Source of the DNA: an uncultured Methanosarcinales archaeon
GTDB taxonomy: Archaea > Nanobdellota > Nanobdellia > Woesearchaeales > CAZYIM01
Direction: 5' to 3'
Assembly (NCBI GenBank): GCA_964647565.1
Contig: CAZYIM010000023.1
Coordinates: forward strand, 1-43,127
Length of the DNA: 43,127 nt
The notes beneath the pieces were generated by a model. It searched no databases. It was not told the DNA's origin and saw only the letters and a program-made list of their open reading frames with translations. This document shows, one piece after another, positions 1 through 9,054 of the stretch (position 1 is the stretch's first letter; each line of letters opens with the position of its first letter). Made by a program: the position numbers and the translations under genes.

Positions 1-1050
1 CATGTAAATGGAGTCTTGCTCTATCAGGCTATTGGCCGGCTAGGATTCAACTCAACCCCTTCTCTAAATGGAGTAGGATCTGAATTTGCGATTGGAGGTA
101 TTGGGCGAATACCTTTCAGGAACGGAAAGTGTGGTATGGCATTCGGAATCTATGTTGGCGGAGGAAGAGCAATTCCCGGGGGCATTGACTTATTAGATAT
201 GAATGATAAGGATTTCAACAAAATGCTTCGAGTAAAAGGCCATGGTTATCTTGAGATGATGTACGGCTGGACTATAAATGAGAATATCATGATCTATGCG
301 ACCTTTGGCGGGCCGAATTATAATTTAAATGAATTTGGAAGAAACTTCAGCAAGCTTGATCAGGTCTTAACGCACAATGGTATAGGGGGCCCATATACTG
401 TCAAACCCTATGATGAGAACAATCAAAATGTGAACAGATCAGTTGTGAATTGCAACAGGGGCTCATTGGGAGTCAATTTCAATGTCAACCCGAAGCTCAA
501 GCTAGGATTTGAGCATGTTAACCTGCTTGGTTGTCTTTATGATATCTATCAGGATGAGGTTCAGACCAGTGAGGGTACTTATATCTATCAACAGACGATA
601 TATCCTCACACAATCCAAAACAGACTTGGTTTGAATTTTGAACACAGGCAACCTGTTTTCCTTTTCGGGCCTAAGATGTTGATAACAAAGGGATATTTCT
701 CAGCTCCATATAAAACAGACAAATCCATCTATGATGAGTCTGCATCCATAAAGAAGATAAATACACAAGAGTGGTTGGACTCTCCAGGCCCAATCCATCC
801 CAGAATGAAGGATATCACAGCTCCAATTGCTATAATGGGTGATGTGCCTGCATACAGCTTATATATAGGGCTTATGCCAATAAGCATGAACGGTCTTGGT
901 GTTGAATTGAGTGCAGGACAGATGAGCAATCACTCAGGCGGCAATGGTTTCTTTGTCAACTTCAACCTGAAGTACAACATGGGACTGACAGGACAGCAAA
1001 GGACATCCATGAGCCTGGCGCCAGGCAAGTTCGGCAGCTGGGAACAATAA
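1..1050 (+). CDS. C-terminal part (5'-truncated by window edge) of a paralog-array protein; predicted beta-barrel-like domain
   Basis: Frame is open from base 1 (CAT GTA AAT GGA GTC TTG...), so the TTG at 16 is probably not the real start. Gly/aromatic-rich alternating strands. Visible similarity to the C-terminal domain of the 2116-5073 protein (GLNFEHRQPVFLFG vs GLNGEFNLPLKILG; PAYSLYIGLMP vs PVHSAYLMLKP; NLKYNM vs GIKYDL). Confidence 0.75.
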   Translation, partial: HVNGVLLYQAIGRLGFNSTPSLNGVGSEFAIGGIGRIPFRNGKCGMAFGIYVGGGRAIPGGIDLLDMNDKDFNKMLRVKGHGYLEMMYGWTINENIMIYATFGGPNYNLNEFGRNFSKLDQVLTHNGIGGPYTVKPYDENNQNVNRSVVNCNRGSLGVNFNVNPKLKLGFEHVNLLGCLYDIYQDEVQTSEGTYIYQQTIYPHTIQNRLGLNFEHRQPVFLFGPKMLITKGYFSAPYKTDKSIYDESASIKKINTQEWLDSPGPIHPRMKDITAPIAIMGDVPAYSLYIGLMPISMNGLGVELSAGQMSNHSGGNGFFVNFNLKYNMGLTGQQRTSMSLAPGKFGSWEQ

Positions 1051-1079
1051 CGATTAAAACAAACTAAGAATTTAAAAAA

Positions 1080-2132
1080 ATGATAACACCAACCTTACCA
1101 CCACAACCAACAACAGCTGAAGTACGATTCATCGATCAGCGTGCAGAACATTCACTGCCTATAGGATTATTCATCGTCGAACAAAAACAAGATCTTTCTA
1201 ATTTTTTTGTTGATTTGGATGAGCAATATGTCAATAGGCAACATGATGCAGCTCTCGACACCTTAAACAGAATGTTGGGTGATGATCACTGGAAAAATGA
1301 TCAGCAAAACTATTTCAAGCTGCAGCTATGGAAGATACGATTTGAAAGAACTCAGAACACATTAAACAAATATGATCTTGATAAATTAATGGAACAGAAA
1401 ACGAGTGCTGGGGACAAAACTGATCTTACTGAATTAGAATTCTATATTGCTGAAAAAAATCCCGCCAAGAATAAAAAAGCAATGGAGAAGTTCATCAAGA
1501 GACATGATGATAAGTTGAAAGGAGATGAGTTCTTCTTAGCAGATTACAATATTCAGAGGCGCAGATTCTATGAAAGTAAACGTATTTGGTATGAGGTCTG
1601 GCCATCTGTTAAAAAGATGTTAGACCATGAAGATCATGTGGCGGATTTCTTAAAATCTGAGTTATTATTATGGAAAGGAAACTCCTTGACTGGGCGATTA
1701 AAATCCAATTTTTATCAGTTTAGGGATGCAGAGCCATTATTAGAAAAGATGATTGATGTTTTTCTGGATGTTATAATTAATCACGATTATAAATATGGAT
1801 TTGATCCTGAAACAATGCCCCAGGAAATGAACCATAGATATCTTTTCTGGACTGACACAAAACAAGCTTATACTGATATTTCTAGCAGTAGATATCTAAA
1901 TCCAATTGCAAGAGATGCTTATCAGGAATACTTGAATGCTGCTGAATTGGCAATTCACAATGGAGTATATCCTCCAAGACCTGATCCGAAAGCCTACAGG
2001 GCCTTTGGAATCAAGATGTACAAGACCATTCTGAAGCATGAAGATGATTCCATTTTTCTAAACAAACAAGAATGTGATATTATTAGAAACAGACTTAGAA
2101 CCTTAGGTGAAAATCATGATGCAACCAATTGA
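1080..2132 (+). CDS. Paralog-array protein, short helical (TPR-like) member with Pro-rich/AEVR leader
   Basis: 350-aa ORF. N-terminus MITPTLPPQPTTAEVRFIDQRAEHSLPIGL; family motifs LQLWKIRFER and LTELEFY. Confidence 0.85.
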   Translation: MITPTLPPQPTTAEVRFIDQRAEHSLPIGLFIVEQKQDLSNFFVDLDEQYVNRQHDAALDTLNRMLGDDHWKNDQQNYFKLQLWKIRFERTQNTLNKYDLDKLMEQKTSAGDKTDLTELEFYIAEKNPAKNKKAMEKFIKRHDDKLKGDEFFLADYNIQRRRFYESKRIWYEVWPSVKKMLDHEDHVADFLKSELLLWKGNSLTGRLKSNFYQFRDAEPLLEKMIDVFLDVIINHDYKYGFDPETMPQEMNHRYLFWTDTKQAYTDISSSRYLNPIARDAYQEYLNAAELAIHNGVYPPRPDPKAYRAFGIKMYKTILKHEDDSIFLNKQECDIIRNRLRTLGENHDATN

Positions 2133-5073
2133 TGCTGAAGTAGCTGTGGCTTTTGCTGATGCAAGAGCTGCTGAAGTACGAATTATGGATAATCTTGCAG
2201 AGCATGATGTTCCTGCAGGATTGTTTATTCCACAACAAGATGTCTCTATAGATAGCTTGCTTAAAAGAGTTCAGACTCACTATGAAAATAAAGAGTTCAG
2301 CAATGCACTTGAGTTGCTGAACCGACTCGAAGAGAACCCTGAAGTACAAAGAGAGGCAGATACAAGGACCGAGGTGGAGCTCTACAAGGTGAGGGTTTTG
2401 GAGGCAGACAGCAGCCAGACCCTCACCATTGCAGACATTGATAGGGTTTTGGAGCACAAGAGAGAGCTCAAGAGCAATAAAAATCTTGGAGAGCTGAAAC
2501 TCTATGAAGGTAGGGTAAGAATGAAGCAGGAAGATTACAAGAAAGCCAAGGGTTCTTTTGAAGAAGCGATTAAAAATGCACAACCTGATGAAACAATCCA
2601 TAAGGTTCAGGCCCATATTGAACTTGGAGATGTGCTTTCAGAAAAACTCTTTGAGATTGAAAATGCGCAAGACAATTATATAGCAGCTATGAGTGTGGCA
2701 CATGAAAGATCTAAACAAGGCAAGGACGCTTTTAGACGGGCTGCAAGATTCAATGACTTTACTGATATTGAGGACTCGGATATGAGAGTAAATATGGTTG
2801 AGGCTTCAATAAAATTCTGGAGATGGTCTGTTGACAATCCTCTGAAGCAGATGCAGTTGAGCGTACCATATGGAAAAATTGGAGAATTCTCAAAACCTGA
2901 TATGGACCGAGGAGCTGTCCAGATGCTTAAGAACAATAATATCATACATTTGGCAGATGTCCTTGCAATCAGGATGATGGAGAAGCTGGCAGATGGTAAC
3001 TATATGCATCATATTGATCAGCAAGTGTTTTATTTTCCGTCAAAAGAATCTTTTCTTGAAAGAGAGATCCCTGAGATTCAGGAAGCTTTGTACTGGCTTA
3101 ACCAAGTTAGGGCAACTGGAAGTGGCAAGGCTGATAAATATGAGGATGCACAGGATTTGATTTGCAGGCTTGCTTTGGGACTAGGCAACCTCCAGAAGAC
3201 AGAAGAATACATCGAACGTTATGAAAAAAATATCCTTGATTATAAAAAGATGAGACTTGACTGGTGGATGCAAAGAAAAGGAAAAAAGATCCATGCAATC
3301 AATGATATGATCAAGTTGTTAGCAAAGGACAATTTCGATAGTTTCTATAATGATGCAAAAATAGTCATGGATGTTCCTAAAGATTCTCTTAGTATTGAGA
3401 AACATCATGAACTTGGCCAGAGAGCTATGAACCTGATTGGAGAAGCCATAAATCCTTTTGAAAAAGGTCAAATAGATACAGCTCGAACCAAGATTATCAA
3501 TGCAATTGAATTGAATATCAAGAGATATCCTGGTCTGGATATTGAAGAAGCAAAAGAAAGAGTGCGAAGGGATTTGCGAAATCACCTATATCTTGGCAAG
3601 AAGATCAATGAGGAGGTATATGATCACAAGAAGAATACATCGCTTTGGACAGGGCTTCAAAGGCCAGAGATATACAGGGCTTTAGTTCATCACATGAAAG
3701 GAAATAAGATAACTCGTAATAAGCATATAAACGAAGCTACCCGGCGAAAAGCCAAGGAGGTTGCAGACAGCCTTTTTGTTGATGTCATCTACAAATCACA
3801 GCTCAGAGAGACCACAGAGTACAAGAGAGCTATGATAACAGCTGCAAAAAAGCTTGAAACTGCAAAAGCCGCTGCAGAAGAAACTGTGATGGACGAGATC
3901 AACGATCTTGCAAGGTTTAGATTCTCTGAAATGACTCGGGGTAAATGGCGTGACAAAGCCTTAAAACAGCTGAAATTTTCAATAAATACTGCTTCAAAGA
4001 CCAGATCAGATTCAAGGTTTACACAAGAATTTTCAACAGATATCAGATACAAAGCTATGAGAGATGATCCCACGCCCTTTGTTGGTAAACTAGGTGGGAA
4101 AGCTGACTTTACAGATGGTGGTCAATCGATGGGTGGTACATTAAAATTTGTGCTTCCATTTTCAAGAAAATTTAATGTGTTTTTAGGTGCAGACCTGAAC
4201 AACTATGATGAAGCAACATCACCTATATTATCTTCAGGTCCAATGAAAAATCTGTGGATTGACAGTGACTTAAAAGTTTATTCAGGATTTGGTTTAAGAA
4301 AAGACCATAAGCTGGTTGTTTATTATTATCAGCAAATGAACCATTCAGTATTGAGTGGGACTGGAAGTGTTTTAACACCTGAGATAAAATTGTTAGAAGA
4401 CGCAGGTTACCAACTTGCATCTGAATCTGATTTCCAGGATGAATATGTCGGTCTCTCGAACCATTATGCATTGCTTGGTGCACAGGCAAGACTTACTCAA
4501 AACATTAAGGCAGGTGCTGATCTTATCTATATGTTAAACAATACCAATGGCGGGACAGAATACAAAGGCCAGGCTTTATTTGAAGGTACTGAAGTACCTT
4601 TTGACGCTTCCACACATCATGATGTGACAAGAAACTCTTACTTATTTGGATTGAATGGAGAGTTCAACCTACCGTTGAAAATTCTTGGGAAAGGATATGA
4701 CCTTGTTCTTGGAGGCGGAACCAAGTTAATGCTATATTCTAAATTTGATAAAGGTGAATTTAATGAATACGAAGGTAAAGTCAATATTGACAATCAAGAA
4801 CTGGAAATGACATCTGACTTTGTTGATGACAATCCGGAGCTTGGAAAGCAATTGGCAATGCTGGATCCAAACCCAGTTCATTCAGCATATTTGATGCTAA
4901 AACCCAGAATACCAGGAGGGATCACATTATTTGTTAAAGGGGATGTTTGTGGATATCTAAAAGAACACAGGAACCATAGATTGCAAGTCGGTATAAAATA
5001 CGATCTTGTCAAAGGCAAGACAGTCAGGCAAACAGCGTTAGACCTATTGCCTCCTATTTTTAGAGGTGAATAA
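2116..5073 (+). CDS. Paralog-array protein: AEVR leader + TPR-like helical region + C-terminal beta-barrel-like domain
   Basis: AGGTGA RBS at 2105-2110 favours ATG 2116 over GTG 2107. TPR-like LYEGRVRMKQEDYKKAKGSFEEAIK. Beta-rich from about nt 4070 to RLQVGIKYDL. Confidence 0.85.
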   Translation: MMQPIDAEVAVAFADARAAEVRIMDNLAEHDVPAGLFIPQQDVSIDSLLKRVQTHYENKEFSNALELLNRLEENPEVQREADTRTEVELYKVRVLEADSSQTLTIADIDRVLEHKRELKSNKNLGELKLYEGRVRMKQEDYKKAKGSFEEAIKNAQPDETIHKVQAHIELGDVLSEKLFEIENAQDNYIAAMSVAHERSKQGKDAFRRAARFNDFTDIEDSDMRVNMVEASIKFWRWSVDNPLKQMQLSVPYGKIGEFSKPDMDRGAVQMLKNNNIIHLADVLAIRMMEKLADGNYMHHIDQQVFYFPSKESFLEREIPEIQEALYWLNQVRATGSGKADKYEDAQDLICRLALGLGNLQKTEEYIERYEKNILDYKKMRLDWWMQRKGKKIHAINDMIKLLAKDNFDSFYNDAKIVMDVPKDSLSIEKHHELGQRAMNLIGEAINPFEKGQIDTARTKIINAIELNIKRYPGLDIEEAKERVRRDLRNHLYLGKKINEEVYDHKKNTSLWTGLQRPEIYRALVHHMKGNKITRNKHINEATRRKAKEVADSLFVDVIYKSQLRETTEYKRAMITAAKKLETAKAAAEETVMDEINDLARFRFSEMTRGKWRDKALKQLKFSINTASKTRSDSRFTQEFSTDIRYKAMRDDPTPFVGKLGGKADFTDGGQSMGGTLKFVLPFSRKFNVFLGADLNNYDEATSPILSSGPMKNLWIDSDLKVYSGFGLRKDHKLVVYYYQQMNHSVLSGTGSVLTPEIKLLEDAGYQLASESDFQDEYVGLSNHYALLGAQARLTQNIKAGADLIYMLNNTNGGTEYKGQALFEGTEVPFDASTHHDVTRNSYLFGLNGEFNLPLKILGKGYDLVLGGGTKLMLYSKFDKGEFNEYEGKVNIDNQELEMTSDFVDDNPELGKQLAMLDPNPVHSAYLMLKPRIPGGITLFVKGDVCGYLKEHRNHRLQVGIKYDLVKGKTVRQTALDLLPPIFRGE

Positions 5074-5074
5074 G

Positions 5075-7123
5075 ATGTTCTTCATGCCACCTGCGATGCC
5101 GCCACCTGATGTTCAAAAAAAACCTCCAATCGAAAACATACAAGACCTAAAAAGCAAACCCATTCCCTCAAATTGGGATATTCAGCTCGAAGATCAAAAA
5201 GAGCCGTTTGTTATTTCAAAAACTAATACTACTAATCAAATTCTTATTAAAAAAGAACCACGACTTGAGAAGATACTTAGAAACGGTGCTAATTATCTCG
5301 GCCTTGCCACAACAGATACCCTTCTAAAGAACATTAATATAAGGACAGATCCTAAAGCAAGAAGAGCAGTAGAACTATGGCAGCTTAGATTCAAGAGATG
5401 GAAGGATCTTGGAAAAAACGCTTCTGTCAGACGAATTTTTAACCAGGCGATATATAAAGCAGATTTTAACCTTGAGAACACTGAACCAAAATGGTGGCAA
5501 ACCAGTGATTATGATAATAGGGATCCTCTTTTTTTCACATTCCCCAGTGGCCCTCGAGGAGGATTTGGTCTAAAAAAGGGACAGACAATAGAGGATCTTA
5601 AACGTGAAGACTGGTTATGGGGCCCTCACAATCTAACTGATGTAAACCGCCTTATCAGAAGGATGGAAGCTTCAAATGATACTGCAAGGATTGCAGAACT
5701 CTACTTTTTCAAAGGAGAACTAGAATATGTTCATAAAAGATTTAATGCTGCAAAAAGATCGTTGAGCAAAGTCGAATCAAAAATAGGCGAGCAGTTTTGG
5801 GTACCTGACTATCATTATACCAGTGCAAAGGTTTATGAGGCATTGTCAAAATCTTCTACTGCTAAAAAAGAGATTTTTAAAAAATTTATTTGGGATTATG
5901 CAAAAGCAATAAAGAGTTATGCTATCCTTTCCAATCTGAATAGATGGGACAGGGAAACTGATGCAAGAACACAGCTATATAAAAATCTTAACAAAAAAGA
6001 ACTCAGATTTATTAATAAAGAATGGGTGGATGTCACATCAGATGTCCAAAAAGAAGTATATGCCTGGATGCTTGATAAGGACAATGCAACTGATATGTCT
6101 CCAGGACCACTTTATGAAAAAACAATCATGTCATTCTATCCATTTAGGGAGTGGACAAGAGAACATATGGACAAAGGTTCGGTGTTTGAAGGAAATAAGG
6201 ACTTCCTAAGGGCTTGTATAGATAGTACCATGAATATTATAAACAACAAGGCAAATGAATATTATCTAGAGGCTATCACGAGTTTAGGTCAGTTATATCT
6301 TCAGTCAGAAAAGCCTGCCAAGGCAAGACGGCTTATTGAGGGTTTAATAACTCAATATGATGAACTAAGGGATGCCTATACATTGAGGAACATCCTTAGC
6401 GTGGAATTGTTTGGCTGGAAAAAAGCAGATTTTATCATGAAGACTGAGATCTATGATCGAAATGAACATGAAGCATACTTACGTATCAGGGCTGAAGAGC
6501 GTTTCAGGAATAGCTTTCCCGACATGGTTGATTATGATCAGCAGGTCATCTCCAAGATAAAGCAAATGGTTAGTGATCCAACAGCTTTTAGATTGAGAGC
6601 AGTGCCTGATTCAGTAGATTTTTTCCTGAGATCCCTGCCTAAGTCAGAGAACTATATGGAACTATACCTTAAAGAAGAGATAAACAAGAATATTACCAAG
6701 TTCTATCCTGACTCTGAAGCGATCAGGAATTTCGTTGCATCTGCTCCGAAAAAAGATCTGCATTCAGGAGAACCAATTCCCAAGGATGAATTACTTCATG
6801 AGCTTAACAGATTCTACCAATACTTACCAGCGGAAAAACAGAACTTGATCGAAGATACATATTCTGAATGGTTTCTATCAAAGGAGTATACTGGGTCATT
6901 AAAAGGAGGGGCTTGGACTAAATACAGTAAGGTATCAACAGAAACAGCGATAGCTTATCTTGAAGCCTACAGGCAAATGACATATATTTTGGAAGAAAAA
7001 CCTGCTATTGGCTTTCAGATATTTAATTTCCTTTCCAAATATAACAGTAAGCGGTTCAATGGCTCTCTTTCTAGCGAGTTTGATCGAATAAACAAGCTTT
7101 ACCAAGGAGGAAAGATAAGATGA
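5075..7123 (+). CDS. Paralog-array protein, all-helical TPR-like member with Pro-rich N-terminus
   Basis: GAGGTGA RBS then ATG 5075 (MFFMPPAMPPP). Motifs ELWQLRFKR, IAELYFFKGE, KPAKAR, FGWKKA, ENYMELYLKEE are shared with the 9039 protein. Confidence 0.85.
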   Translation: MFFMPPAMPPPDVQKKPPIENIQDLKSKPIPSNWDIQLEDQKEPFVISKTNTTNQILIKKEPRLEKILRNGANYLGLATTDTLLKNINIRTDPKARRAVELWQLRFKRWKDLGKNASVRRIFNQAIYKADFNLENTEPKWWQTSDYDNRDPLFFTFPSGPRGGFGLKKGQTIEDLKREDWLWGPHNLTDVNRLIRRMEASNDTARIAELYFFKGELEYVHKRFNAAKRSLSKVESKIGEQFWVPDYHYTSAKVYEALSKSSTAKKEIFKKFIWDYAKAIKSYAILSNLNRWDRETDARTQLYKNLNKKELRFINKEWVDVTSDVQKEVYAWMLDKDNATDMSPGPLYEKTIMSFYPFREWTREHMDKGSVFEGNKDFLRACIDSTMNIINNKANEYYLEAITSLGQLYLQSEKPAKARRLIEGLITQYDELRDAYTLRNILSVELFGWKKADFIMKTEIYDRNEHEAYLRIRAEERFRNSFPDMVDYDQQVISKIKQMVSDPTAFRLRAVPDSVDFFLRSLPKSENYMELYLKEEINKNITKFYPDSEAIRNFVASAPKKDLHSGEPIPKDELLHELNRFYQYLPAEKQNLIEDTYSEWFLSKEYTGSLKGGAWTKYSKVSTETAIAYLEAYRQMTYILEEKPAIGFQIFNFLSKYNSKRFNGSLSSEFDRINKLYQGGKIR

Positions 7124-9054
7124 TCGGTCCTATGATGACACCACAGCAAGAAGCTGCGCAAGCATTTGCTAATCCGCAGGCTGCAGAAGTGCGAACATTG
7201 GAGACTGCTATCGAACATAAACTGCCAGAAGGAATGGCATTTCAGCAATCATTAACTAAGGCAGATATTGATTCTCTTAATAAGGAGTTTGAAGTCTGCT
7301 TCTATCATAAGTTTCTTCATCATGGCTTGCACAAAGTAGGCAAGATCCTGAAACAGCCAATGGACAAGCAAACTCGCAACAACTTCAGGCTTTGGGACAT
7401 TAGACTAAAAAGACAGAAGGATATTAGGAGAGGTTATCGCTATGCGTATGGATCTATTCCTGAAAGAATCCAAGACCAGGATTGGAAAATTTATAAGCAA
7501 TATTCTTCTGGCAAGATCTATGGAAATTATAACAAACCTTATGATATAAGAGAGATTATAAGCTTGATACGTGACAAGAAAGCTGTTGGAGATACCTCTA
7601 ATCTTGCAGAGCTTATGTTCTACCAAGGAGAATATGTTCTTTATGCGCCTACAGAGGGCAGTATTACTTTTGATCTGGCTAAATTCTCTAAAGAAGCGAG
7701 AGGGCTCGGGAGGACGGTAGAGGTACCAATAGCAGGTCCTCATGTGAATAAGAACTATTCAATTGAGAATGAAAGATGGGACAAGGCATCGCAGTTCTTT
7801 GACTGGCTAGAAAAAAACAATGCGATCACAGGTCAGTTTTGGAACCAGGACTTCCATGCATATCATGCAATAAAGATGCGAGAAAAATTCGATAAAGCCA
7901 TATTCAACAAACACAAGAAACAAGGCTCCATATCCCTTGAAGATTGGCAGAAGGATAGCTGGAAGCTTAGAGATACGATCACTCTCATTCAGAGAGCTTA
8001 TGAGTGTGGCGATCTTGGCAATAAATCGCGTACTCGATACTTTAATGATGGGTTAAAAGAATTAAAATATCTAGCTACTGTCGAGATCAAGGATACAGCA
8101 GGAGTCAATCTAGCTGAACCATATAACAGAAAGATCCTGGACTGGATGAGAGACAAACTTGAATCCCGTACTTTATTTAGAATAGCAGAGAATTATGTTG
8201 ATAATAATAAATTTATTCCGCCTATCAAGGAGTTTATAGAGACTGTTCTTACAAACAATCTTAGTAAGAGCTACATTTATGATGTTTTATATGGGGATGA
8301 TAATCAATTCTTATTTAGCAAATTTTGGCTGAAGACAGAAAAACCTGGAGTGGTCAGGAAAAACCTTTTTGATATGTACAAAAAATATGGATCAATATGG
8401 GTGAACGCAGTAACAGAAGAAATAGAGGAGGAGTGGTTTATCAAATTTGACAATTGGAAGGCTGCTGAGTTCAAGATCGAGGCAGCCATATACAAAGATG
8501 AAAAGACAGCATATGTCTTGATGCGGGCTAAGGAGCAATTCAGAGATGATTTCGACTCGATTGACAATTATTTGAATGCAGTTGTGCCACGGATAGAAAG
8601 ATTCCTTTCAAATCCAGACGATCTTGGACATAATCCTGAATTTGCAGAGTTAGATGCATTTCTTAACAATATACCTGATTCGAAAAACTATATGGCGCTT
8701 TTTCTAAGGGAGGAAGTTGAGAAAATTGTGCAAAGTTACTTTGTTGATGAGCCTCTAAGACAAGCCGCACTAAAGCACAAAGTGAGTGGATTAGAAAAAG
8801 AAAGAAGGCAGAGCTATTCAACTCCTGTAGGACCTGCAGGTTATTATCAGGAGCTATTTGGGAAACATATATCCAAATTAGAAGCAGTAAAGGCATTCAC
8901 CTATATTTTGGAAGGTGATGAGGAATACGCACAAAAGCTGACCGAGAAGACAAAATCCTATTTTTCAAAAACTTTTTCAGACGAGTTCGATAAGACAATT
9001 ACAGATTTCAAAAAACAAGTCGAAGAAGGTAAGATACCATGTTTCAACCGATGA
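7120..9054 (+). CDS. Paralog-array protein, all-helical member with AEVR leader
   Basis: ATGA overlap with the previous gene. Leader MIGPMMTPQQEAAQAFANPQAAEVR; motifs LWDIRLKR, LAELMFYQGE, KNYMALFLREE. Confidence 0.85.
   Translation: MIGPMMTPQQEAAQAFANPQAAEVRTLETAIEHKLPEGMAFQQSLTKADIDSLNKEFEVCFYHKFLHHGLHKVGKILKQPMDKQTRNNFRLWDIRLKRQKDIRRGYRYAYGSIPERIQDQDWKIYKQYSSGKIYGNYNKPYDIREIISLIRDKKAVGDTSNLAELMFYQGEYVLYAPTEGSITFDLAKFSKEARGLGRTVEVPIAGPHVNKNYSIENERWDKASQFFDWLEKNNAITGQFWNQDFHAYHAIKMREKFDKAIFNKHKKQGSISLEDWQKDSWKLRDTITLIQRAYECGDLGNKSRTRYFNDGLKELKYLATVEIKDTAGVNLAEPYNRKILDWMRDKLESRTLFRIAENYVDNNKFIPPIKEFIETVLTNNLSKSYIYDVLYGDDNQFLFSKFWLKTEKPGVVRKNLFDMYKKYGSIWVNAVTEEIEEEWFIKFDNWKAAEFKIEAAIYKDEKTAYVLMRAKEQFRDDFDSIDNYLNAVVPRIERFLSNPDDLGHNPEFAELDAFLNNIPDSKNYMALFLREEVEKIVQSYFVDEPLRQAALKHKVSGLEKERRQSYSTPVGPAGYYQELFGKHISKLEAVKAFTYILEGDEEYAQKLTEKTKSYFSKTFSDEFDKTITDFKKQVEEGKIPCFNR
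7132..7184 (+). repeat. 53-nt exact direct repeat, copy 1 (copy 2 at 9051-9103)
   Basis: ATGATGACACCACAGCAAGAAGCTGCGCAAGCATTTGCTAATCCGCAGGCTGC is identical at both sites. Confidence 0.95.
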
